Source: an uncultured Gemmatimonadaceae bacterium (GTDB lineage: Bacteria; Gemmatimonadota; Gemmatimonadetes; Gemmatimonadales; Gemmatimonadaceae). From it: 64,000 nt of DNA. The notes under the pieces were generated by a model that was not told where the DNA came from, did no database searches, and saw only the letters and a list, made by a program, of their open reading frames with translations. Numbering within the stretch: the stretch's first letter is position 1; every line of letters starts with the position of its first letter. The DNA is taken from contig CAWAGQ010000011.1 of NCBI GenBank assembly GCA_963781585.1, positions 32,001 to 96,000 of the forward strand, in the 5' to 3' direction. The translations under genes were made by a program, and so were the position numbers. Positions 50,928 to 60,546 of the stretch are shown piece by piece.

Positions 50928-51703
50928 ATTCCCTTGAAGCGCGGGGCGCGTTTCTCCAGGAACGCGGCGACCCCCTCGGCGAAGTCGCTGCTCCCGTATG
51001 CCGCGCGAATCAGGTCGGCGTCGTCGGTGGCGCCAGGGGCCGATACCACGCGACGCACCGCTTCCTTCATGACGCGGAGAGTGATCGGAGCCAGGTGCGT
51101 GAGGCGCTCGACCAGTTCTTCCACGCGCGCGTCGAGATCCGCGACCCCGACGATCTCGTGCACGAATCCAGCCGCCCGCGCTTCCCCGGCCCCCAGCGTG
51201 CCGGCCAGCATCAGCAGACCCTTGACCCGGGAGGGGCCGAAATGCGTCACCAGGCGCGCGTGACTCGCCGTGGAGAGCGTGTTGCCCACCGTCCGCGCAA
51301 TCGGCGCGCCGAATCGCGCGTCCGGGGTGCACACGCGCACGTCACAGACTGCCGCGAGCACCAACCCCGCTCCCATCGCATCGCCTTCGACCACCGCCAG
51401 GGTGGGAAGGGGCAGGCGTTCCAGGCGCGCGACCACCGCTTCGAGGCGACGCTCGTAGGCCAGGCCGTCGTCGCCTGACGAGATGTCCCGGAGCTGCGCG
51501 ATGTCGGTGCCGGCGATGAACGTGCCGCCGGCTCCACGCAACACCGCCAGTCGAAGGTCGGCCAGGCTTTCCACGCGTTCGAGCGCGGCCGCGAGCTGGT
51601 CGTACATCGCCCAGGTCATCGCGTTGCGGGCGGCCGGGCGGTCGACCGTTATGAACGCGGTCGGCCCGCGCAGATCGAGTCGCACGTCGCCCGGCGCGCT
51701 CAC
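50924..51703 (-). CDS. Enoyl-CoA hydratase/isomerase (crotonase) family protein
   Basis: DRPAARNAM, FIAGTDI, D.R......RFG.P, DFAEGVAAFLEKRAPRF.G. Confidence 0.92.
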   Translation of the reverse strand: MSAPGDVRLDLRGPTAFITVDRPAARNAMTWAMYDQLAAALERVESLADLRLAVLRGAGGTFIAGTDIAQLRDISSGDDGLAYERRLEAVVARLERLPLPTLAVVEGDAMGAGLVLAAVCDVRVCTPDARFGAPIARTVGNTLSTASHARLVTHFGPSRVKGLLMLAGTLGAGEARAAGFVHEIVGVADLDARVEELVERLTHLAPITLRVMKEAVRRVVSAPGATDDADLIRAAYGSSDFAEGVAAFLEKRAPRFKGM

Positions 51704-52878
51704 CGCGGCGCCTTCCCGGCGACGCCCATGCCTAACGGCCCCAGAACCTCATCGGTATGCTCGCCGAGCAATGGCGGCGGGCGACGGACGGTGGGCGGCG
51801 TGTCGCTCAGCTTGATCGGGAAGCCGAGCGTGCGAATCGTGCCTTCCACCGGATGCTCGATCGTCTCGGTCATGTGCCGCGCCGCCGTGTGCGGATCCGC
51901 GAAGACCTGCGCATAGTCGTTGATCGGGCCGGCGGGGACCGCGGCCGCGAGCAGCCGCGTCACCCAGGCCGCCACGTCGCCATCCGCCAGCGCCGACTCG
52001 ATCTCCCCGGCCAGCGCGCTCACGTTCGCCAGGCGCGCCTCGTTGGTCGCGAACCGAGGGTCGCTCGTCAGGCGTTCGCGCCCGATCACCTGGCAGAGCG
52101 AGCGCCACTGTGCCGTGGTGAGGGCCGCGATGGTCAGGTGACCGTCGCGCGCGCGGAAGGCCTGATAGGGCGCGCTCAATCGATGCGCGGAACCGAGCGC
52201 ACGGGGCGCCTGGTCCGTAGCCCAGTACTCCGTGGTCTCCCACGCCGAGAGCGCCAGCGCCGACTCGAACAGCGACGTTTCGACGTGCTGTCCCGTTCCG
52301 GTGCGTTCGCGCGCGATGAGCGCAGCCATGATGCCGTTGGCCGCATAGAGTCCGGCGGCGAGATCGGCGATCGGCACGCCGCACTTCACCGGCGGTCCGC
52401 CCGGCTCGCCCGTGACGCTCATGACGCCCGACATCCCCTGCGCGATGAGATCGAAGCCCGGGCGGTCGGCGTAGGGTCCCGTCTGTCCAAATCCGGAGAT
52501 GCTGGCATAGACGAGTCGCGGATTGAGCGCCGACAGCGCCGCGTGGTCGGCGCCGAGTCGCGCCATCACACCCGGACGGAAGTTCTCCACCAGCACATCC
52601 GCATCGCGCACGAGCCGGCGCAGCGCATCGAGACCGTCGGGCGACTTGAGGTCGAGCGTCACGCTGCGCTTGTTGCGGTTGAGCGCGAGAAACGGAGCGT
52701 TGTCGCCGCCGCGCAAGCGGAGCGCGGTCCCGCCGAGGGAGCGCGACAGGTCGCCGCGCCCGGGTGGTTCGATCTTGATGACGTCAGCGCCCAGGTCGCC
52801 CAGGAGCATGGTGCAGAACGGGCCGGCCATGACCTGAGTGAGGTCGATGACGCGTACGCCATCGAGGGGCGCTGTCAC
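51700..52878 (-). CDS. Family III (CaiB/BaiF) CoA-transferase
   Basis: PLDGVRVIDLTQVMAGP, NRNKRS, ENFRPG, ISGFGQTGP, catalytic IADLAAG, PPLLGEHT. Confidence 0.94.
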   Translation of the reverse strand: MTAPLDGVRVIDLTQVMAGPFCTMLLGDLGADVIKIEPPGRGDLSRSLGGTALRLRGGDNAPFLALNRNKRSVTLDLKSPDGLDALRRLVRDADVLVENFRPGVMARLGADHAALSALNPRLVYASISGFGQTGPYADRPGFDLIAQGMSGVMSVTGEPGGPPVKCGVPIADLAAGLYAANGIMAALIARERTGTGQHVETSLFESALALSAWETTEYWATDQAPRALGSAHRLSAPYQAFRARDGHLTIAALTTAQWRSLCQVIGRERLTSDPRFATNEARLANVSALAGEIESALADGDVAAWVTRLLAAAVPAGPINDYAQVFADPHTAARHMTETIEHPVEGTIRTLGFPIKLSDTPPTVRRPPPLLGEHTDEVLGPLGMGVAGKAPR

Positions 52879-53204
52879 GGGGCGACCGGGCGTCTGGGTG
52901 CGTGGCACATGGGCGCTGGAGTATGCCGCCCTGTCACTGCAGCCGACACCCCCTGAGCCAGTCATCAGCGACTGCGACACTTCTTCATGTAGTTGCAGTT
53001 GCCCCTGCCATCCGCCAGCCTGTCGTGTTTCCAGCTCCGAGATCGTGTGTTTCCCGGTCTGCGATACCTCTCGTTAGGCGTGCGGCTCGTGAGTCGACCT
53101 GGCCGATCGGCCTCCGGCGCGTACCCGCATCGCGCAACCTCAATCTCCGCGATACCTTGAGCCTCTTGCACCGGCGCAGCACTCCAGCCGCGGCCCCTCG
53201 AAAG

Positions 53205-53627
53205 ATGACCCATAGCCTGATCCGCGCCCGCCGCATCGTCCTCGCGCTCGCCGCCCTGATCCTGCTTGCGGCCGCCTGGTGCGGTCTGAACGGCGGGCTG
53301 CGGCAGTTTCCGCAATCCAGCACAGCCGGTCAGATGGCGCAGAGCGTCTCGCAATTCGGATTCGGCATCTTCGCCGTGCTCAGTGTCGTCACCGCCCTCG
53401 ACCGCCGAGCCTGGGTGCGCTGGGTCAACTGGTGCTGGGTCGTCTCGGTCGCCGTCGCTGGCGGTCTTGCGCCGGTCGTCTGGGGCGGTGCCACGCCCTC
53501 CGAGGGCGTCATTGCGGGCGGCGCTTCGCTCCTTATCGGCCTCGGCCTCGTCTGGATGCTGCGATGGGGAGGCCGGGCACCCGCCGCACATTTTCGCTCC
53601 CGACCGCAACCCGAAGATGATGGCTGA
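53205..53627 (+). CDS. Four-TM membrane protein
   Basis: Four hydrophobic segments starting at MTHSLIRARR. Confidence 0.6.
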   Translation: MTHSLIRARRIVLALAALILLAAAWCGLNGGLRQFPQSSTAGQMAQSVSQFGFGIFAVLSVVTALDRRAWVRWVNWCWVVSVAVAGGLAPVVWGGATPSEGVIAGGASLLIGLGLVWMLRWGGRAPAAHFRSRPQPEDDG

Positions 53628-53691
53628 CCGATCCGACGACGCCATGCTGGTCCATGGCCGATTGCTCCTCGTACGCCGAAGGCGGTATGCT

Positions 53692-54258
53692 ATGGTCATG
53701 CCAGCGGGACGCGCGGAATGGACGGTGGAGATGCTCGACGCCCTGCCGGACGACGGCCAGCGCTACGAGCTCATCGACGGCGAACTCTTCGTGACGCCGG
53801 CTCACTCAGACGTTCACCAACTTGTGGTGGTCGCGCTCGCGGCAGAGCTCCGCGACTATCTGCGGGCTTCGGCTATCGGCCGCGTGCTCGTGTCACCGGC
53901 TGACGTCCGGCGCGGGGACCCCGATCGCAACCGCGTGCAACCCGATGTCTTCGTCGTCCGTCTGGCGGAGAGCCGCCGCCCGCCCTATCCGTTCGCGCTC
54001 AGCGATCTGCTGCTCGCGGTCGAGGTGGAATCGCCCGGCAGTCCGTTCCACGACCATCAGACCAAGCGCCAACTCTACCTCGGCAGTGGCGTTCCCGAGT
54101 ACTGGATTATCAATCCTGCGGCTCGAACGATCGTCCGCTGGCGCGCGCTCGTTGATGCCGGCGAAACTCTGACCACGCGACTCGAGTGGCGCCCCGCCGG
54201 CATGGCGAAGTCGTTCGTCCTCGACTTGCCGGAATTCCTTGACGAAGCGCTCGGCTGA
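53692..54258 (+). CDS. Uma2 (DUF820) family endonuclease-like protein
   Basis: LPDDGQRYELIDGEL, VQPDVFV, AVEVESP, K..LY...GVPEYWII. Confidence 0.92.
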   Translation: MVMPAGRAEWTVEMLDALPDDGQRYELIDGELFVTPAHSDVHQLVVVALAAELRDYLRASAIGRVLVSPADVRRGDPDRNRVQPDVFVVRLAESRRPPYPFALSDLLLAVEVESPGSPFHDHQTKRQLYLGSGVPEYWIINPAARTIVRWRALVDAGETLTTRLEWRPAGMAKSFVLDLPEFLDEALG

Positions 54259-54314
54259 GCATTCCCTCCGAACACGCCACGAATTCGGCGTTCCACTCCA
54301 TTCCAGGAGCAGAG

Positions 54315-54734
54315 ATGGTCGCCGCACTTGCCGGTCGTGAAACCGTCTTCAGCGTACTGGCCACGAGTGCCCGCGCTCGCGCCGGGCGATCGCTTGCGTT
54401 GCAGCTCGCGGTCTGTGTCGCCGGCGCGGGTCTCGTCCTGCTCACGGCTCCCGCATGGTGGTCGGTGGCCGCGCTGATGCTTGCCGGCGGGACACACGCC
54501 GCCTGGGGGCTGCTGGTGCGCCGGCTTTCGACGAAACCCTCGCGTACGGCCGGTGAGGCGCTCGTCGCCGTGGCCGCGCTCGGCACGGTGCTGGCCGTGA
54601 GCGGAATGGTCGGACTCGCCGCAGCGCTGTTCACGGGCAGTGGCCGGAGTCCGTACGATGCCTGCGGGGTGAACGCCAACTCTGCGTTCTGCAAGGCGAT
54701 GCGCGCACCCGCACCGGCCACCGCGATTCCCTGA
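54315..54734 (+). CDS. Membrane protein
   Basis: AGGAG SD and three hydrophobic segments. Confidence 0.6.
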   Translation: MVAALAGRETVFSVLATSARARAGRSLALQLAVCVAGAGLVLLTAPAWWSVAALMLAGGTHAAWGLLVRRLSTKPSRTAGEALVAVAALGTVLAVSGMVGLAAALFTGSGRSPYDACGVNANSAFCKAMRAPAPATAIP

Positions 54735-54756
54735 CCCTCAACGCGACGAGGTAGCC

Positions 54757-54915
54757 ATCGCGTCCTCCCTGCTCGCGATCTGGCGCCGCTCCCCCGTCCT
54801 GATTCGTGCCGTCGTGTCGGGCGTCCTGCTGGCGATCCTGGTGACAGGCACCCTGTTCGGGTTTGCGCATTTCACGAAGCCCCTGGTGTGGCAATCGGGC
54901 GCGGACCGCGCGCCT
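54757..54915 (+). pseudogene. Possible internally deleted remnant of a CAAX-protease (CPBP)-like membrane gene
   Basis: GAGGT SD followed by ATC rather than ATG. The frame reads LLAIWRRSPVLIRAVVSG..TGTLFGFAHF..LVWQSG. Confidence 0.3.
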
Positions 54916-54964
54916 GCGGCGCACCACCGGTCACGACACGTTAGGCAGGAGGTACCCCGACCCG

Positions 54965-55672
54965 ATGCGCAAGATCATCGTCCTCATCGCGACCAGCGCC
55001 GACGGCTACATCGCCCGGCCCGACGGGGGTGTCGAGTGGCTGGAACGTCCTCGACTGCGGGGCGACTACGGGATGGGTGTATTCTACCGGTCCATCGATA
55101 CGATCCTGTGGGGACGCAAGACCTATGACGTGGCGCTCGACTTCCAGCGGAAGGGCATCCCCGGCTCGAGCTTCGATCGGCGGAAGGCGCATTTCGCCTT
55201 CTCGCGCACGCCGCCCGCGGACCCGGCGCCTGGTGTCGTCTTCGTCTCGGAGCCGCTCGGCCCCTGGGTGCGACGGCTCCGTGCCCGCCGCGGAAAGAAC
55301 ATCTGGATGATGGGCGGTGCGGAACTGATCGCGTCGTTTCTCGACGAAGGACTCATCGACGAGTTCATCATCCACGTGATCCCCACCTTCATCGGCGAAG
55401 GCATCCCGCTGCTGGCGCCCCGCCATCGGCTCGTTCCGCTGAAGCTGCGCTCCACCCGTCCGTATGCGGACGGCGTGGTGCGGTTGCACTATGAAGTGAT
55501 CCGTGGGCGGACGCGGTCGGCCGCGCGCGGAACCGGCAAGCGGGGAGGAAGGGCGCCGGCCGCGGAACCGGCAAGCGCGCGAGGAAGCGCGCCGGCCGCG
55601 GCTGATCCTGTCGGATCGGCGGGGCCGGGTGGTATCATCTGTCGAAAGCTGATGGCCTGCCCCCCGGGATGA
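54965..55672 (+). CDS. Dihydrofolate reductase family protein (RibD C-terminal domain); true stop probably 55605
   Basis: IATSADGYIA, WGRKTY, MGGAELI, DEFIIHVIP..IGEGIPL. AGGAGG SD. Confidence 0.9.
   Translation: MRKIIVLIATSADGYIARPDGGVEWLERPRLRGDYGMGVFYRSIDTILWGRKTYDVALDFQRKGIPGSSFDRRKAHFAFSRTPPADPAPGVVFVSEPLGPWVRRLRARRGKNIWMMGGAELIASFLDEGLIDEFIIHVIPTFIGEGIPLLAPRHRLVPLKLRSTRPYADGVVRLHYEVIRGRTRSAARGTGKRGGRAPAAEPASARGSAPAAADPVGSAGPGGIICRKLMACPPG
55526..55601. repeat. 35/36-bp tandem duplication
   Basis: cgcggaaccggcaagc..gaggaag.gcgccggc at 55526-55560 (35 bp) and 55561-55596 (36 bp). Confidence 0.85.
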
Positions 55673-55678
55673 CATGCC

Positions 55679-55906
55679 ATGCGCGCCTACCTGAAGTCGC
55701 CGTTCGTCGCCGTCGGTCTCATTCTGCTCATCGTTGGCTCCGGGCCGCTGATCGGCTTCAACATCTACGCCGACCTCGGATTCTACGACGATCCCAATCC
55801 CAACCCGGTAGGCCTCGGCATCCTCGCCTGGCTGACCTTCTGGCCCAGCATCGGCCTCATTCTGCTGGGGATCTGGCGTGTGTACCGGCGGCGCCACGCC
55901 GGCTAG
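55679..55906 (+). CDS. Small two-TM membrane protein
   Basis: GSGPL..DPNPNPVGLGIL..LTFWP with two TM helices. Confidence 0.7.
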   Translation: MRAYLKSPFVAVGLILLIVGSGPLIGFNIYADLGFYDDPNPNPVGLGILAWLTFWPSIGLILLGIWRVYRRRHAG

Positions 55907-55924
55907 CCCGGGTTCGGGCGTCTC

Positions 55925-56364
55925 ACCTCATCGGTGGAGAATTAACCTCTTTCTCGACGTTCGGTGCGCAGCACCAGTTCAGCGGGCGCGTGGTGGTCGA
56001 GGGTGGCGAGATCAAGTCGTTCAAGCGCATCGATGTCGACCAGGAACGCAAGGTCATCGCACCGGGTCGCGCCCCGTCGGTGGTGCGGGGACCGCGGGGC
56101 CGGGTGCGCGCGGTCCGGCCCGGGCGCGGGGCGGTGGTCGCCGAGCGCACCGAGGACAAGATCGAGCAGGAAGACGAGCACACGGTGCAGTGGCTCACGA
56201 AGACCGACGATGACCTGGATGGCGTCGATGTGAAGGTGACCGACGAGGCCGTGGGACTCCGACTCGTCCTGCTGATCGACGGCAAGCCCCGCCCCGAGGA
56301 GGTGGAGGTGGGGAAGGGCAACTTCAAACCGGGCACCGATCCGGTTCGGGTGCGGATCAGGTAG
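55925..56364 (+). CDS. Hypothetical protein, 5' end unclear (possibly truncated)
   Basis: Coding-like codon usage (HQFSGRV..DDDLDGVDV..LLIDG) but no convincing start codon. Confidence 0.4.
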
Positions 56365-56391
56365 CGCCCGGCCGCGAGACCACGCGGGGAG

Positions 56392-57427
56392 ATGCTGGAG
56401 TGTGATCATCGCGGCGGTGACGCTGCCCGCCGGCCTCGCGTTCATGCAGGGACCGGCGCACCTGAATCCGGTCGTGGAACTGCTGACGCAGCGCCGGCCG
56501 GTCTTCGGCCTTTACGCACCTCGCAACCCGGGTGCAGGCGGACGCGGCGGCCTAACGTGGACACCGGAGCCCGCGCACCGGGCGCCGGCGCGCGAGGCAG
56601 CGCGACGCCTGACGCGGCTCCGCCGAAGACACCGGCGCAGCTGGCCCGCGAGGCGCTGTCGCACGATCCATCCGATTACATCTTCGACGGCTGCATGGAA
56701 GGCGATTTCGACCGCGCGTTCCCGACGTTCACCGAATTTGTCCGGGGCGCGATCGACAGCGGAACTGTCGAGCAGCGTCGCCGGCATCCGTTCGATCGTG
56801 AAGACGCACCGCATCGCCCCCGATCCTGCGCTGGCAGCCGCAGCGCATCGGCCGACAGCTCAACCTGGGCGTGAGCGGGATCGTGTTCGTGGGGGTCGAG
56901 AGCGCGCGAGGAGGTGCGAGACAGGCCTGGCGGCGATGCGTTTCAGGTCGCAGGGGGGCACGCGCCGGACGACGTCGGCGATGCGCCGGCGTACTGGGGC
57001 GATGAGCGAAGCGGAGTACCGCGGCGAAGGCGGACGTGTGGCCGCTCGACCCCAACGGCGAGCTGGTGAACTGGACGATCGTGGAGAGCAGGGAAGGGCT
57101 GGCGCACGTGCGCGAGATCGCGGCGGTGCCGGGAATCGGCGTGCTGCTTCCCGGGCGCGGGCACGTTGCGCGGCGTCTTCACGACGACCGATGTCGACCG
57201 GCCAGCGCGTGTTCGACGAGCAGGGCTGGGAAGGCGCGATCCAGCAGGTGCTGGCGGCGTGCAAGGAGTTGCAGGTGCCGTGCGGCTACCGGCCACGGAG
57301 AACGACATCGAGAAGCGCATGAAGCAGGGCTTCAGCGTGTTCGTGATCAACTGGGGCGAGCGCCGGGTTCCGCGCGGTGGACATCGGCCGTCGCGCGGCC
57401 GACCGGAGCGGCGGCTCCCGGGAGTAG
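56392..57427 (+). CDS. HpcH/HpaI aldolase/citrate-lyase-fold protein, multiple frameshifts
   Basis: Fragments in different frames: DYIFDG.MEG, AAMRFRSQGGTR, WPLDPNGEL..IVESREGL..VREIAAVPGIG, IEKRMKQGF. Confidence 0.65.
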
Positions 57428-57548
57428 CGTTAGGCGCGTGCCCGGCCGGTCGCCGCGGCATCCCGCGCGATGTCGGCGGCCGGCGACGCAAGCCACCGGA
57501 CCGCCGGTCCCCTTGCTTCCGATCGCTGCCTTGCGCTACTGATCGGGC

Positions 57549-59705
57549 ATGTCGTCCAGGCGAAGGTCGCGTCGGAAGACAGCCGTGGTGGCTGTGGTGG
57601 CGATTGCGGTCGCCTTCCTGGTCGTGCTGAAGCGGATGGTTGGCGTGAACGGCGCGATGCTTCGCCGCGCACCGCCGGCCGGCCTGACCCAGGCGAATGG
57701 CGCGACCTTCACCGGTTCGGCGGCCTGCGAACGATGCCACCCCGCCGAATACGCATCCTGGAAGTCTTCGCAGCATGCGATGGCGATGCAGGAGGCGCGC
57801 CCGGAAACCGTGCTCGGCGCCTTCGACAGCGCCACATTCTCCTATCCGGCCGTCAGTGCCACGTTTTTCCGCCGCGGTCCGCGGTACTTCGTCAACACCG
57901 AAGGGCCTGACGGCCAGCCGCACGACTTCGAGATCCGCTATACGTTCGGCGTCCTCCCGCTCCAGCAGTATCTGGTGGCCTTCCCGGGCGGTCGCCTGCA
58001 GCCGCTGCCCGTGGCCTGGGACGCGCGACCGGCGCGGGACACCGGGCAGCGCTGGTTCCCGCTGAACCCGGCCCCGCGCGTGGAGCCGCCTGACGAGTTC
58101 CACTGGACGGGACGCGATCAGAACTGGAACTACATGTGCGCGGATTGCCACTCGACCGCGGTGCGAAAGGGCTACGACGCGCAGGCCGACACCTTTCACA
58201 CCACCTGGGCGGAGATCGATGTCGCCTGTGAAGCCTGCCACGGTCCCGGTTCGCGGCACGTGCGGTGGGCTGGATACCCGGGCTGGCTGCGCCGGATCAT
58301 CTGGCGCGACGACGGGGTGCAGAACCGGCTCGCGGAACGCCAGGGCATCAGCTGGTCGAACGACCCGGCCACCGGCATCCCGATCCGCAGCACGCCGCGA
58401 TCCACCGAGCGGGAGATCGAGACCTGCGCGCAATGCCACGCGCGCCGCCAGCACATCGCCGACGGCTACACCGCGGGCCGGCCGCTGCTCGACTACTACG
58501 TCCCGCTGCTGATGACCGGCGATCTCTACTATCCCGACGGCCAGCAGCGCGACGAAGTGTACACCTACGGCTCGTTCCTGCAGAGCAGGATGAACTCCGC
58601 GGGCGTGACCTGCGCCGACTGCCACGATCCCCACACCCAGAAGCTGCGGCGTCCCGGGAACGCGGTCTGCACGCAGTGCCATCTGGCGGCAAAATACGAT
58701 ACCTCGGCGCACCACTTTCACCCGCCGGGCAGCCCCGGCGCGCAGTGCGTCTCGTGCCATCTGCCGCCCACGAACTACATGCAGGTCGATCCGCGCCACG
58801 ACCACAGCATCCGGATTCCGCGCCCCGGCTTCTCCATCAGCCTGGGCGTGCCTAACGCCTGCAACCGCTGCCACGCGGACCGCGACCCACGCTGGGCCGC
58901 CGCCCAGCTGCGCGCGCGGTACCCGAATCCGCTGCCCGTCTTCCAGCGCTTCACCCTCGCGTTCGCGGCCGACGACCGTGGCGATCCCGGAGCCGCCGAC
59001 TCGCTCGGCGCCATCGCCGCCGATGTCACCGAGCCGTGGTTCGTGCGCGCCTCGGCGCTGGCACGCCTGGGTGCACACCCGGGCGCGGTCGCGGTGGACG
59101 CCGCGCGCGCGGCGGCGACCTCGCCTGACGCGATGGTCAGGCACGCGGCGCTCCAGGCGCTGGAGACCGCCCCGGCACGCGAACGTCTGGCACTCGCGCC
59201 GCCGCTGCTGGCCGATGAAACGCGCGGCGTGAGGCAGGAGGCAGCCTGGGTGCTGGCCCCGGTGCGCGATTCGCTCTCGATGCCGGCCGAGCGTCAGGTG
59301 TTCGCGTCGGCGGCCGCCGAGCTGGAGGCCAGCTACCGGTACAACGCCGACCGGGCCGACGCGCGTCTGACCCTGGGTGCGTTCGAGACGCAGCTCGGCG
59401 AGTTGGACAGCGCGGTGGCCGAGTTCGAGGCCGCCGTGCGTTTCGCCCCCCACTCCGCGACCGGGTATCTCGCGCTCGCCGAGATCCTGCGGGCACAGGG
59501 GAAGAGCGGCGACGCCGTGCGCACGCTGCTGGATGCCCTGACCGCGCTGCCGCACGATCACGACGTGCTGGTGCGACTGGTGACGCTCTATCGCGACGCG
59601 GGGGCGCCGAACATGGCGCTGCGCTATGCGCGTGAGCTGGTGCGGGAGTATCCCCGCGACCCGCAGGCGACGGCGCTACTGCAGTCGATCCGGCGTGGGG
59701 GCTGA
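57549..59705 (+). CDS. Multiheme (8 x CxxCH) c-type cytochrome with C-terminal HEAT and TPR repeats
   Basis: N-terminal TM anchor, then CERCH, CADCH, CEACH, CAQCH, CADCH, CTQCH, CVSCH and CNRCH. VR..A..AL HEAT-like repeats and TPRs follow. Confidence 0.92.
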   Translation: MSSRRRSRRKTAVVAVVAIAVAFLVVLKRMVGVNGAMLRRAPPAGLTQANGATFTGSAACERCHPAEYASWKSSQHAMAMQEARPETVLGAFDSATFSYPAVSATFFRRGPRYFVNTEGPDGQPHDFEIRYTFGVLPLQQYLVAFPGGRLQPLPVAWDARPARDTGQRWFPLNPAPRVEPPDEFHWTGRDQNWNYMCADCHSTAVRKGYDAQADTFHTTWAEIDVACEACHGPGSRHVRWAGYPGWLRRIIWRDDGVQNRLAERQGISWSNDPATGIPIRSTPRSTEREIETCAQCHARRQHIADGYTAGRPLLDYYVPLLMTGDLYYPDGQQRDEVYTYGSFLQSRMNSAGVTCADCHDPHTQKLRRPGNAVCTQCHLAAKYDTSAHHFHPPGSPGAQCVSCHLPPTNYMQVDPRHDHSIRIPRPGFSISLGVPNACNRCHADRDPRWAAAQLRARYPNPLPVFQRFTLAFAADDRGDPGAADSLGAIAADVTEPWFVRASALARLGAHPGAVAVDAARAAATSPDAMVRHAALQALETAPARERLALAPPLLADETRGVRQEAAWVLAPVRDSLSMPAERQVFASAAAELEASYRYNADRADARLTLGAFETQLGELDSAVAEFEAAVRFAPHSATGYLALAEILRAQGKSGDAVRTLLDALTALPHDHDVLVRLVTLYRDAGAPNMALRYARELVREYPRDPQATALLQSIRRGG

Positions 59706-60365
59706 GGGCTCCCGCTGGTTCGCCTCTTCGGCCCGCGCTTCCGCCTCCTCGAAGTCGGCCCATGCGGCGTCGTCCCACTCCTGGTCTTCCTTGAGGGCGA
59801 GCGGCGGAAGAGTGACATCGTCATAGATCGCCTCGAGGTCCAACTGGAGGTCGAGGAACGGGATGGCAATCGCGCCGCTGGCGGTGTACTCCTCGCGTAC
59901 CCACTCGTCGCGGGTATCGCGGGCGCAGGCGACCACGTACCGGCGACGCTGATCAACGATCAAATAGGTTCGCAGCGAATCGATCCGGAGGTACGCGTCG
60001 AGCTTCTCGCGTCTGTCGGTGGCGCGCGTTCCAGGGGAGGTGACCTCCGCCACGAGTGACGGCTGTTCGACAACAAGGTCAACGTCCGCCGCCTTTCCAC
60101 AGGCGATCACGATGTCCGGATAGTAGATCCGATCGACGGCCGCCCGCACCTTGACGTCCGAGGCGAACACGCGGCAGCCTCGACGTCGCGCGGGATCCCG
60201 CAGGTGGTGCACCATGTTCAGCGTGATCAGGTTGTGTCGGGTCGTGCCGCCGGACATGGCATGCACCCAACCCGACACGTACTCGTGCCGGACGGGATTC
60301 CCCTCCTCGAATCGGAGGTAGTCCGTGAGCGACATGCGACGCCCTGCGCGACGCGTGTTTTCCAT
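59676..60365 (-). CDS. Uma2 (DUF820) family endonuclease-like protein
   Basis: RHEYVSG.VHAMSGG..RHN, YYPDIVI.C, AEVTSP.T...DRREK..AY. Confidence 0.92.
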   Translation of the reverse strand: MENTRRAGRRMSLTDYLRFEEGNPVRHEYVSGWVHAMSGGTTRHNLITLNMVHHLRDPARRRGCRVFASDVKVRAAVDRIYYPDIVIACGKAADVDLVVEQPSLVAEVTSPGTRATDRREKLDAYLRIDSLRTYLIVDQRRRYVVACARDTRDEWVREEYTASGAIAIPFLDLQLDLEAIYDDVTLPPLALKEDQEWDDAAWADFEEAEARAEEANQREPSAPTPDRLQ

Positions 60366-60546
60366 GTGCCGAGCGTATGCTCGGCGAGGCCGAAAAAGCA
60401 AGGGGGGGAGCGCGGTTGCTGGCGGGAGATCCCGGCACCGGGCATTCCGATTCCGGTGATCCCACGGAGTGAAGCACATCGAGGGGCGCCGGCCACACAC
60501 TGTTCGATTGGCAGGGCTGCGCCGAGGCGCAGTATACTCCGGGACC

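Noticed and set aside
24900..57427. Frameshifts as programmed recoding or real pseudogenisation
   Set aside because: The indels cluster in patches, often compensate each other, lack slippery-site signatures and leave catalytic motifs intact. Consensus error is the simpler explanation, though raw reads are needed to be sure.
56943..59561. 872-aa minus-strand ORF
   Set aside because: Antisense shadow of the octaheme cytochrome in GC-rich DNA, with no recognisable motifs.
53692..60365. Uma2 genes as a restriction or defence island
   Set aside because: They are solitary, have no methylase partner and belong to a commonly expanded family.
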